NCBI GenBank assembly: GCA_030672305.1
Contig: DAOVGR010000050.1
Coordinates: forward strand, 32,302-96,301
DNA length: 64,000 bases
Reading direction: 5' to 3'
From: Thermoplasmatales archaeon
Lineage (GTDB): Archaea; Thermoplasmatota; E2; DHVEG-1
Under the pieces are notes generated by a model. That model was not told where the DNA came from. It did no database searches and was given only the letters and a program-made list of their open reading frames with translations. The translations under genes and the position numbers were made by a program. This document shows, piece after piece, positions 20,501-28,380 of this stretch. Numbering within the stretch: the first letter of the stretch is position 1; each line of letters starts with the position of its first letter.

Positions 20501-20996
20501 AGGAAATACTTCTGATCCTCATTTAGAAACTTCAACAAAATTATTCATGATGCCTACAGAAATGACTACCTTAACTTCAAATAACAATTTAACTGCTGGA
20601 GAGGCATCAATACTTGATGAAAAATATACATTTGTTGTTGATCTTTTACCTTTGAGTATTATTGCTGGTATTTTGTGTTTATTGGTACCAATTATTTTAA
20701 AACGCTACATAAAAGGAAAACTTTCATTTTTGATTTTACTTCTTGTGTTAATTATTTTTATTGGCACAATTGTTATCTTTTCTTATGCAACGTCTGAGAT
20801 GGCAAATGCAACAGTTGGGAGTCTTTACGGAAGTGGTAATTTAGATATTAGCATTCCTGGAGAAAATAACTATGAAGTCATGTCATGCAGTTGGGGCCCT
20901 GATCTTAGTTTTTATCTATTTTTAAGCTCAATAATCATTTTAATAATAGTCCTTTGGTTGAACATTAAAAATAGAGATTATTTAATGTCTAAATAA
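17535..20996 (+). CDS. Large cell-surface protein: signal peptide, DUF2341-like N-terminal module, several carboxypeptidase-regulatory-like beta-sandwich repeats, C-terminal multi-TM anchor
   Basis: 1153 aa. N-terminal hydrophobic signal, WWNKNWSFRQEIIIPI motif and repeated Ig/transthyretin-like segments (e.g. NVEIFLLDDDTIISEVESDNNGKAVLKAPCG; VLFTRGEKEIEGISNDDGNVLFSIPPGSYNSQIY). The last 250 aa contain 5-6 hydrophobic helices. Confidence 0.6.
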   Translation: MSKRLIVYIILSIILLSIFIPYNSTAEEAPWWNKNWSFRQEIIIPIDTSDEYAKYQPIDIHISFNNTCWAKKEDEHSIRVIYQYGERLIELESQIYDLEFDNTEHLNSCNLVFLIPAQANGEEKYFVYYDDEAKSGPDYQKHVEIGESYYQYEPIQGLGFESSYYKITEGEEIIYAVNKEGTVLGDKISQQVTRLKKGAKDILPHNSDQIASFDFNYWWFKDGDWCSISTSDRFISKQLFVNGNLMVKFGIVSESENALLRSTVIYKYYYCPTEDKRLYTHVKHEVIGYPLPRGEEIDVAYIILSCGGIKSSIIDELDFGEIPPYLHFYSDEERVKSHNFDQYPDYSNWQAIIHKSDDYDLGSSPWISVDYGETGKAHGIILDSTNILKSGTDERDGIELQLYEAKQIQYPGLEGSFAQLYIMRNAFEQGEPQDEIIPENYVVEFNAEYFTTENGGYPVVEKESSIYQKLISYQPENDDVVDEEEDAEKYNLIVYPHLPRSLLFKFRLSALLLKAPQITAELVHNEESIGYGKPHRVPITEQAKIDWKNISFFRKMTFTNIPSGKYVVKIWLENAIFSDEREFIGYKIVELNKDAEARIFCKHQGKISISVINQDKNGIENVEIFLLDDDTIISEVESDNNGKAVLKAPCGLGSKYTLNTTYKGFFIDKQNIRLGRLRQFIPKRVSLSFDTHDLMINVFDSEGKAPEFSVDLSLTSDEMQVPVVIKPNSTTDGTYNFKALFPAYYFLKINYELFEIMEKINIPDLSLFEIKLYDLKAFIKDDWNLPPEAPLDVSLTSEDFEKTVVLNAKKLSSEEYLFSNIYPGNYTIKVSYKSYKREESIKIPYRGDGETQIVFSALFNITTKVLNARGDPLKDSKVLFTRGEKEIEGISNDDGNVLFSIPPGSYNSQIYSNGELIAQRRVDVFYDKDYSIVTTNEPIIPFIVIALAILFLAFAVVFAYKKKNILLFLKILAIVLAVIAIVSPWWTMQGNTSDPHLETSTKLFMMPTEMTTLTSNNNLTAGEASILDEKYTFVVDLLPLSIIAGILCLLVPIILKRYIKGKLSFLILLLVLIIFIGTIVIFSYATSEMANATVGSLYGSGNLDISIPGENNYEVMSCSWGPDLSFYLFLSSIIILIIVLWLNIKNRDYLMSK

Positions 20997-21054
20997 GAAG
21001 AAAAATATAAGTAGTTCTTCTAAATCTATAATTAAGCTATTTCAGGTATGAAGT

Positions 21055-21534
21055 ATGAGTAAGAGACCAAAAACAATATACATATTAGTTTTACTATGGA
21101 TTGCATTGAGTGGAATATTTGTCCTCTGGGGAATATATTCACTTATTATAGTTATACAAATACCTCAGTGGACTGAATTTGGAGCTTTACTTCCGCCTCT
21201 TCATTTCGGTTATTTAATTTCTACTATTGTATGGTTTGTATTTTCATCTCTTTTTGTAATATTTTCATATGCTACATTTAGAGCAGATGGTTGGGCTTGG
21301 TCAACAGGAATTATAATTTCTACAATATTTCTTATAATATTTGGTCTTATGCTTGGAGCATTTATGGTAAATGCATACCTATTTCTGGATTGGTTTTCTG
21401 TTGCAGGACTTATAACCGTTATACTTTCTTTTTTAACTGATATTGGTATTGTAATTTATCTTACAAGACCTATTACAAAACTATACTTTGCAAAAATAAA
21501 TTCAAAAAAATTAACAGAATTAACACAAGATTAA
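21055..21534 (+). CDS. Small integral membrane protein (4 TM), unknown function
   Basis: 159 aa and highly hydrophobic. Immediately downstream of the large surface protein. Confidence 0.45.
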   Translation: MSKRPKTIYILVLLWIALSGIFVLWGIYSLIIVIQIPQWTEFGALLPPLHFGYLISTIVWFVFSSLFVIFSYATFRADGWAWSTGIIISTIFLIIFGLMLGAFMVNAYLFLDWFSVAGLITVILSFLTDIGIVIYLTRPITKLYFAKINSKKLTELTQD

Positions 21535-21536
21535 AA

Positions 21537-22517
21537 TTATATTGAAACGTTTATTTCATGGAGCATTTTGTTAATAATATAATTAGGTGCATCTGTAAGC
21601 ATTTTCTTATAGTCTGATTGAGGAATAAGACTGGATCTACTTAACTCCACAGCATTTTTCATATGCCTTTGAATTTCCTTGATGTAAAGCTCTCTAATTT
21701 TATCCTTGTGTTTTGAAAACTTTCTTTTAATTTCCCAATTTCTTAAGGCCTTTAGTTTAGCTGCCTTATTATCAAGTTTGTTTAGTAATGGAATAATTAC
21801 ACTGTCTATCATTTCTCCCTTTGCAAGATCAACAAGATCATCAGCTAGTTGATATGCAAGACCAATCTCTCTTCCATAATCTGCAAATACCTTTAGGATG
21901 TCTCCTGTCATGTCTGCCTCAATTGCTCCTGCTTTACATGCTGAAGAAAATAATACAGCTGTTTTTAAATCAATTATTTTGTTGTATGCTGCAAAGATTT
22001 GAGATTTTGTTGACATCTCTTTTAAACCCAAAGCATTTTTATTGAAATCTACTTCGTCCATTTCACCGCTGACAACCTTGGTCCAGGATTCAACATAAAG
22101 GCTAGCAACTTCTTTTCCATGACTTAGTGCAATATCAAATCCTTTGACAAGCATTTTGTGACCGGTTAAAATTGCTTTTCCAATACCTTGCTTTACATGG
22201 ACAGCATCTTTTCCTCTTCGCGTTGTGTCCTTATCAATTATATCATCATGAACTAGTGATGCTCCATGAGCAAGCTCAATACTAACAGAACCTTCCAATG
22301 ATCTTTGATAAAGATTATTTGTTTCTCTACCGCGAGTACATGCTTTAAATGCAAGAGCTGCTAAAAGTGATCTTAATCTTTTTCCACCATTTAAAATTGA
22401 AACAATCTCGCCGTCTAAAATAGTTGTAGTAATCTTATTTTCGATGTCAAATTTTGTAGCATCGAAGAATTCATCTAGATGGGTATATTGCTTAACCATT
22501 AATAGCCTCCCACGCAT
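21537..22517 (-). CDS. trans-Polyprenyl diphosphate synthase (GGPP synthase family; product possibly longer than C20)
   Basis: 326 aa. First Asp-rich motif LVHDDIIDKDTTRRG and second Asp-rich motif YQLADDLVD. Confidence 0.85.
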   Translation of the reverse strand: MRGRLLMVKQYTHLDEFFDATKFDIENKITTTILDGEIVSILNGGKRLRSLLAALAFKACTRGRETNNLYQRSLEGSVSIELAHGASLVHDDIIDKDTTRRGKDAVHVKQGIGKAILTGHKMLVKGFDIALSHGKEVASLYVESWTKVVSGEMDEVDFNKNALGLKEMSTKSQIFAAYNKIIDLKTAVLFSSACKAGAIEADMTGDILKVFADYGREIGLAYQLADDLVDLAKGEMIDSVIIPLLNKLDNKAAKLKALRNWEIKRKFSKHKDKIRELYIKEIQRHMKNAVELSRSSLIPQSDYKKMLTDAPNYIINKMLHEINVSI

Positions 22518-22756
22518 TATTCGGATAACCCGAACGAGTCCGTGGTATTATATTTCTTCTATTATAATTGTTGCAATTTGTATATATATAATATTTTCGT
22601 TTGTTTATCCTATTGCTTAATATATTTATCGTTAACATATGTTAATCACTTTTAAGGTTTTAAATCTTTTGTTACTAACTTATAAATATTGACTAATGTT
22701 AACATCATACATATAGTTTATCTATTTTTCTATCATATTACATTGACATTTTAGAA

Positions 22757-23365
22757 CTATATACTATGTTTGAAAGATTTTGCAATTATATAAATCTCAG
22801 AACTGCTTTTTCTTGAGGCAGGTGGAGTAAATTTCTTAACACTTCCAAATTTATTTTTAATCTCATTCATAAATCTTGGTAATTCTTCACCTTCAAACAC
22901 CTTGCATAAGAATTTACCTCCAGACTTAAGAAAAGTAGAAGCAGTAATAAGTGCTTGCTCGCATAGGAATATACTTCTAGCATGATCTACCGAATAATTT
23001 CCAGAAATGTTTGGGGACATATCTGATAAAACAGCATCAGCCTTTTTTTCCTCCATTGATTGTATTAATTCTTGTAATGATGACTCTTTAGCAATATCTC
23101 CCTGTAAAAAAGTAATTCCTCTAATTGGCTGAATTGGTGATAGATCAATTCCTAGAACTGTTCCCTTTTCTCCTACAATTTCTTTTGCAACCTGGCTCCA
23201 ACCACCAGGAGCTGCACCAAGATCTATAACAATATTTCCTTGTTTTAAAATTCTAAACCTTTTCTGAATCTGTATTAACTTAAATGCAGATCGAGATCGA
23301 TAGCCATCACGCTTTGCCTCTTTGTAAAAATATTCATTCTTTCTTTCAGAATACCATCGAGTCAT
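22757..23365 (-). CDS. rlmE: Ribosomal RNA large subunit 2-prime-O-methyltransferase (FtsJ/RlmE family)
   Basis: 202 aa. FtsJ motifs RSRSAFKLIQI, VIDLGAAPGGWSQV and GDI. Confidence 0.85.
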   Translation of the reverse strand: MTRWYSERKNEYFYKEAKRDGYRSRSAFKLIQIQKRFRILKQGNIVIDLGAAPGGWSQVAKEIVGEKGTVLGIDLSPIQPIRGITFLQGDIAKESSLQELIQSMEEKKADAVLSDMSPNISGNYSVDHARSIFLCEQALITASTFLKSGGKFLCKVFEGEELPRFMNEIKNKFGSVKKFTPPASRKSSSEIYIIAKSFKHSI

Positions 23366-23370
23366 AAAAA

Positions 23371-24333
23371 TTATAGAATTATATCTATATCAAGTCTTTC
23401 AGCAAGTTCTTTGTATCTATTTCGAATTGTAACTTCAGTTACTCCAGCAACATCAGCAACTTCCCTTTGAGTTCTACGTTCACCACAAAGGATAGAGGCA
23501 ATATAAATTGAAGCAGCAGAAACACCAGTTGGTCCACGACCACTAGTAAGTTCTTTATCAGCTGCATCCTTTAAAATTTCAATAGCCTTTGATTGAACAT
23601 CACCGCTAAGTTTCAATTCACTACAGAATCTTGATATGTAATCCTGAGGTGAGGTTGGCATAAGTTTAAGTCCTAGTTCACGGGCAATAAAACGATATGT
23701 CCTACCAATTTCTTTTCTTGATACTCTTGAAGAACCAGCGATTTCATCCAGGGTTCTAGGCACATTACATTGCCTACAAGCAGCGTAAAGTGCGGCAGCG
23801 GAAACACCTTCAATGCTTCTTCCACGAATAAGGTTCTTTAATACTGCTTTTCTATAGATCATAGCAGCAGTTTCTCTTACATTTCTAGGTAGACCCATAC
23901 CAGATGCCATTCTGTCAAGTTCTGAAAGAGCAAAAGCTAAGTTTCTTTCAGTTGCATCACTAATTCTAATTCTTCGCTGCCATTTTCTTAAACGATATAG
24001 CTGAGCTCTATTTCTTGTTGGAATGGATTTTCCATAGGAATCTCGGTTTTTCCAACCTATCATTGTACTAAGACCTTTATCGTGAATTGTATATGTCATA
24101 GGAGCCCCAACACGAGCTCTTTTTTCACGTTGGTCAGAATCAAATGCTCGCCATTCAGGCCCATGATCAATAAAATCTTCATCTATAACAAGTCCACAAT
24201 CCTCGCAAACAAGTTCTGCTCTTGAATAATCCTTTGTTAAATGAGTACTACTACATTGTGGACATCTAGTAATTTCTTCTATACTTGGCTTTTCTCTTTT
24301 CTTTTTTGATGGATTTGGCATCATTTGGCGCAA
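23371..24333 (-). CDS. tfb: Transcription initiation factor IIB (TFB)
   Basis: 320 aa. N-terminal zinc ribbon CPQC...CEDC, B-finger/linker and two cyclin-fold repeats with the conserved HTH ([25 protein letters not shown]). Confidence 0.95.
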   Translation of the reverse strand: MRQMMPNPSKKKREKPSIEEITRCPQCSSTHLTKDYSRAELVCEDCGLVIDEDFIDHGPEWRAFDSDQREKRARVGAPMTYTIHDKGLSTMIGWKNRDSYGKSIPTRNRAQLYRLRKWQRRIRISDATERNLAFALSELDRMASGMGLPRNVRETAAMIYRKAVLKNLIRGRSIEGVSAAALYAACRQCNVPRTLDEIAGSSRVSRKEIGRTYRFIARELGLKLMPTSPQDYISRFCSELKLSGDVQSKAIEILKDAADKELTSGRGPTGVSAASIYIASILCGERRTQREVADVAGVTEVTIRNRYKELAERLDIDIIL

Positions 24334-24390
24334 TCCCCCTTATTTCTTTTTTATACTTTGCGATATAGTTTTAAGTGACAATAAAGAACT

Positions 24391-24398
24391 TATATAAA
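24391..24398 (-). promoter_or_regulatory. Candidate TATA box of the tfb promoter
   Basis: Minus-strand TTTATATA about 58 nt upstream of the tfb start codon. Position and sequence only; not validated. Confidence 0.25.
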
Positions 24399-24892
24399 TA
24401 GTTTATGGTTAAAAAGGTATTGTCGAAAGGGGGTCTGTCTAAATAGACGATATACCCTGTCTAACGAGCAAAAACTAATTAGACAATAACAATAAGCCTT
24501 ATTAAACATATCATACGTAAAATTATATAAAATTTATGTCGCCAAAATTTTTCATAAAAATTGATAGAATGAGTTTTTTATCTATATTTCCATTATTGAA
24601 TATTGATTGGCATCCAGCAAAAGAACAATATGACATAAGAATATAAAAAAAATGATAATTTTATGAAAGTAATCTAACTAACTATAACCAAAGTCTTTGA
24701 TACTTATTGTCCCATAGTACAATCCCGCTTTGTATAAGCCCTCAATTTATGCTGGTTTTTTTTCCTTTTTTTTTCATTTTTTCTTTCTCCCATAAATGTA
24801 TTATTGTATCACGGTATCATGCAACATATATTCATGATTAATTGAAATTCTTATCTGTTCAAATTAAGAAAAAAGGATATTAGATCTTGTAA

Positions 24893-26266
24893 CTATTTTT
24901 TTAAAAAGGCTTTATACGCAAGATAAGAAGAATATATATCAACCTTACATGTAACTTCATATGGAGAATGCATACTCATTACGGGAGGTCCTAGATCAAT
25001 TACTTCCATACCAAGTCTTGAGAAGTATTTTGCAACAGTTCCACCACCACCAGTATCTACCCTTCCAAGTTCAGCGGCTTGCCAGGGAATTTTTTCTTTA
25101 TTAAGCAAGGTTCTAATTTCAAAAACATACTCTGCTGATGCATCATTTGCAGCATATTTACCACCATGACCAGTAAACTTAGACATAACAACTCCACATC
25201 CGAGAGTTGATGCATTTTTTAGTTCAAAAACTTCTGTATAGTTAGGCGTAACAGCAGCGTTGACATCTGCAGAAATAACCTTTGACTTAAGCATCACATC
25301 ATCAGGATCTATCTTTGGATCTAATTTCTTAATAATTGAACGTAAAAAGGTCGTTACCTGCGCAGTTGTGTTACCCTCACTTCCGATTTCTTCCTTATCA
25401 ACAAATAGCACAATAGCTGTGTATTCTGGGTTCTTCAAATCCATTATTGCTTTAAGAGAGGTGTAAGCACAAGCTCTGTCATCCTGACCATAAGCACCAA
25501 TTAGTGATCTATCAAAACCCATGTCCCTTGCCTTAAATGCAGGAACTGCTTCAAGTTCAGCAGAAATAAAATCTTCCTCAGTTATTCCATAGTCCTTATG
25601 TATTTTTTCTATAATTCCTGTCTTTATCTTTTCACTAATTTCACCTTTTACAGGTTGACTACCAACTGTAATATCCAAGCTTTCTCCAGTTATTGCATCA
25701 TCCAGTTTTTTTAAGGCCTGAACTTTATAAGCAAGATGAGGTAACAAATCAGGAACGGAAAATATTGGATCAGAATCGTCTTCACCAAGGGTGAATTCAA
25801 CTTTTTTACCATCTTTTTTTACAACAATACCATGTAATGATAAAGGAATAATAACCCAATGATATTTCTTTATTCCACCATAATAGTGAGTCTCAAAAAG
25901 AGCAACATTTGAAGAGGTATCTTCATAAAGTGGAATTTGTTTTAAATCAAGTCTAGGACAATCTATATGAGAAATAACAATACGAAGACCGCTACTGATA
26001 GGTTTTTTACCAGGAACAATTATCGCTGCTTCCTTTTCCCTGTTGATTTTAATTTTTTTCTTACCCAATTTAGCAATATCATTTATCTTCTGTATTGCTT
26101 CTCTTTCAGTTTTAGCTGAATCTAAAAATTTCTTATAATCTTCACAAAAATCAAATGCATTTTTTATTTTTGCTTTTGAAAATATCTCCCAAGCAGTTTT
26201 CTTTTTGTAAGCATATTTACTCTCTTTTTCTTTCTTTGAATCTTTCTTTGTACCTTTCTTTGCCAT
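24893..26266 (-). CDS. M18-family aminopeptidase (aspartyl aminopeptidase / aminopeptidase I family)
   Basis: 457 aa. M18 blocks SHIDCPRLDLK, GAYGQDDRACAY and SMHSPYE. Confidence 0.75.
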   Translation of the reverse strand: MAKKGTKKDSKKEKESKYAYKKKTAWEIFSKAKIKNAFDFCEDYKKFLDSAKTEREAIQKINDIAKLGKKKIKINREKEAAIIVPGKKPISSGLRIVISHIDCPRLDLKQIPLYEDTSSNVALFETHYYGGIKKYHWVIIPLSLHGIVVKKDGKKVEFTLGEDDSDPIFSVPDLLPHLAYKVQALKKLDDAITGESLDITVGSQPVKGEISEKIKTGIIEKIHKDYGITEEDFISAELEAVPAFKARDMGFDRSLIGAYGQDDRACAYTSLKAIMDLKNPEYTAIVLFVDKEEIGSEGNTTAQVTTFLRSIIKKLDPKIDPDDVMLKSKVISADVNAAVTPNYTEVFELKNASTLGCGVVMSKFTGHGGKYAANDASAEYVFEIRTLLNKEKIPWQAAELGRVDTGGGGTVAKYFSRLGMEVIDLGPPVMSMHSPYEVTCKVDIYSSYLAYKAFLKK

Positions 26267-26352
26267 TTGATATCCTCGAAAATAGGCATATGATATTCAA
26301 ATAAAAAGATAACTAAGTAAAATATTGGAAGAAAAAAGTGAATATTTTTTGT

Positions 26353-27243
26353 TTATCTTCTTATTACATAGACGAGAATTGCAACACCTGCAATAACAAT
26401 TATTACAATTAGTGCAACAAATAGAAGTATTGGTGAACCATCAGAATCATTATTTCCATTGGTAGAGTCAGAAGTAATAGTAATAGTTGTGATATTAAAA
26501 CCAATATTTTCATCATTATCAGTAACATAAAGTTCAACTTCATATTCACCAGGTTCTTCAAATGTAAATTTAGGATTTTGCTCAGTAGAATCTATTTCTA
26601 AATCATCATCAAAATGCCATTCCCAATCGTAAGGTTCTGTACCTCCAACAGCTTCACCATAAAATTGTATGGCTTCATCTACTTTTCCTTCAGTTGGACC
26701 ATCAATTGTAACATCGACTATAAGAATATTTGGATAAATATCTGTGTATTCATTCTCATCTCCAATCTTTCCCGTGTATACCATTATTGAATCATAATCT
26801 TCATCATCGCTAATTAGATCGAATTTAATAGTTAATTTTTTTGATCCAAATCCTGTAAGTGTGAAATCTATTTCCTCCTCACCTTCGTCTGTGATTACAG
26901 ATCCATATTCTTCTTCCAGTCCACCAAAATTAATATATAAAATTTGATATTCATTTTCTGAGGTAACTAATCCTATCGTAATAAAAACGCCTACTGTTTT
27001 CTGAATATTTCCTACAAATTCAATATCAATTGTAACTTGATTATCTTCCTTCTGATATGTAATCTCATCAAAATCTATATCAATAACACTTGGATCAGGT
27101 TTACCAGAACTATCAATAACATCACCAGAACCATCTGAAATTACTTTTGTTTCATCAGCTGCCATAACAGGACATGTTGCAGCAATTAAGAAACTGAAGA
27201 TTATTAAACCAACTATCAATATTTTTTTTATCATAACAATCAC
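26353..27243 (-). CDS. Acidic secreted PKD-domain protein with C-terminal single TM anchor
   Basis: 296 aa with a signal peptide. PKD domain (PYDWEWHFDDD...NPKFTFEEPGEYEVELYVTDNDENIGFN). C-terminal hydrophobic helix followed by RR. Confidence 0.6.
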   Translation of the reverse strand: MIVMIKKILIVGLIIFSFLIAATCPVMAADETKVISDGSGDVIDSSGKPDPSVIDIDFDEITYQKEDNQVTIDIEFVGNIQKTVGVFITIGLVTSENEYQILYINFGGLEEEYGSVITDEGEEEIDFTLTGFGSKKLTIKFDLISDDEDYDSIMVYTGKIGDENEYTDIYPNILIVDVTIDGPTEGKVDEAIQFYGEAVGGTEPYDWEWHFDDDLEIDSTEQNPKFTFEEPGEYEVELYVTDNDENIGFNITTITITSDSTNGNNDSDGSPILLFVALIVIIVIAGVAILVYVIRR

Positions 27244-27386
27244 TTTTTCAATTTGTATAGCAACCTGCTAAACAAGACCTTCTTTATAAAATTTGTTTTC
27301 CAAATATTGTAAATAAATCATTTAATTTAGACTCCGATCTAATATAAATGGTTAATACTGATTAAATTTCATTTTCTAAATAACAA

Positions 27387-27707
27387 CTATTTCAATTTCT
27401 TTTTAAGGCCTTGTACTGTTGTTGAAAAATCATCCAATGTAGATTCTAGAGTACCTAACACATCATGTATTCTATCCGTAATGACGGCTCCATGACGTGA
27501 AGGAGAAATTAAACCGTCTTTCTCAAGAGTTCTCAAAGAATATCTAATCATATGTTGTGGTTGTCCAGTCATTTGAGATAATTTTATAATTCCTATAGGG
27601 CCATGTTCTTGAACATTTTTTAAAACATCCAAATGTCTACTAAGTAGATCTAGCTCCTTTTCAGCTACACTAGTTATACTTCTCTTATTATTGACTGCCT
27701 CACCCAA
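27387..27707 (-). CDS. Winged helix-turn-helix DNA-binding protein (Lrp/AsnC-type HTH-like, no RAM domain)
   Basis: 106 aa. HTH block LDLLSRHLDVLKNVQEHGPIGIIKLSQMTGQPQHMIRYSLRTLEKDGLI. Confidence 0.55.
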   Translation of the reverse strand: MGEAVNNKRSITSVAEKELDLLSRHLDVLKNVQEHGPIGIIKLSQMTGQPQHMIRYSLRTLEKDGLISPSRHGAVITDRIHDVLGTLESTLDDFSTTVQGLKKKLK

Positions 27708-27845
27708 TAAAACACCTCCTGTTAAATGTTAACATAATACAGTACTAATATATATTTTTTACTAATACTTGGTTTAAAACAATAAAAAATAATAAAATTC
27801 AGGAAAAGAAAAAATATAAGACACATAATTGGCATTCAGTATTTC

Positions 27846-28094
27846 ATGGCTACAGGATTCGCACTTTTATCAATAAGCCCATTACACGAGAAAGAAGTGT
27901 TTAATGCTCTAAATAGTATCACTGAGATAGCTGAGGTTCATCCTCTATTTGGAGAATATGATATTCTTGTAAAAATAAGCTGCTCAGAAATAGACGAGAT
28001 TGGAGATATAGTAATTAAAAAAATTAGAGCTCTTAGAGGAATCGTTGATACTAAAACACTTATTGGAACAAGAAGTTTAGAAGGATTTCAATAA
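27846..28094 (+). CDS. Stand-alone Lrp/AsnC-type RAM (ligand-binding) domain protein
   Basis: 82 aa. beta-alpha-beta-beta-alpha-beta RAM pattern (FALLSISPLHEKEVFNALNSITEIAEVHPLFGEYDILVKI...VDTKTLIG). Confidence 0.65.
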   Translation: MATGFALLSISPLHEKEVFNALNSITEIAEVHPLFGEYDILVKISCSEIDEIGDIVIKKIRALRGIVDTKTLIGTRSLEGFQ

Positions 28095-28380
28095 ATTTAC
28101 TATTGTTTTCTCTGTTGCCGGGCGAGGTATCTAAATCTATTTTCGACCATAAAAACATGGGCAATAAATCTAATCTCGTATCTTTCTTCTTCGCTCGATA
28201 CTTGCCCTACAATCAACATTCATTTACCTTCCATTTAGCTCATGTTAATTGATAACATGAAACTCTATATTATTATATCTAATTCGTTAATATATATAGA
28301 TTTCTATTTTTTCAAAAATATTATATAATTAAAATTTAGTAATTGAATTTATATATTATGTAAATCAATATAAGATAACA

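Noticed and set aside
24420-24770. Long tfb-upstream spacer considered as SRP RNA or RNase P RNA
   Set aside because: Overall composition is far too AT-rich. It lacks the conserved SRP helix-8 and RNase P P4 signatures I would expect. Only short G+C islands are present.
28095-28380. Spacer with gggcgaggtatc / gatacttgccc complementarity considered as a C/D-box sRNA
   Set aside because: No RUGAUGA C box and no appropriately spaced D box. It more likely contains promoter elements for the divergent flanking genes.
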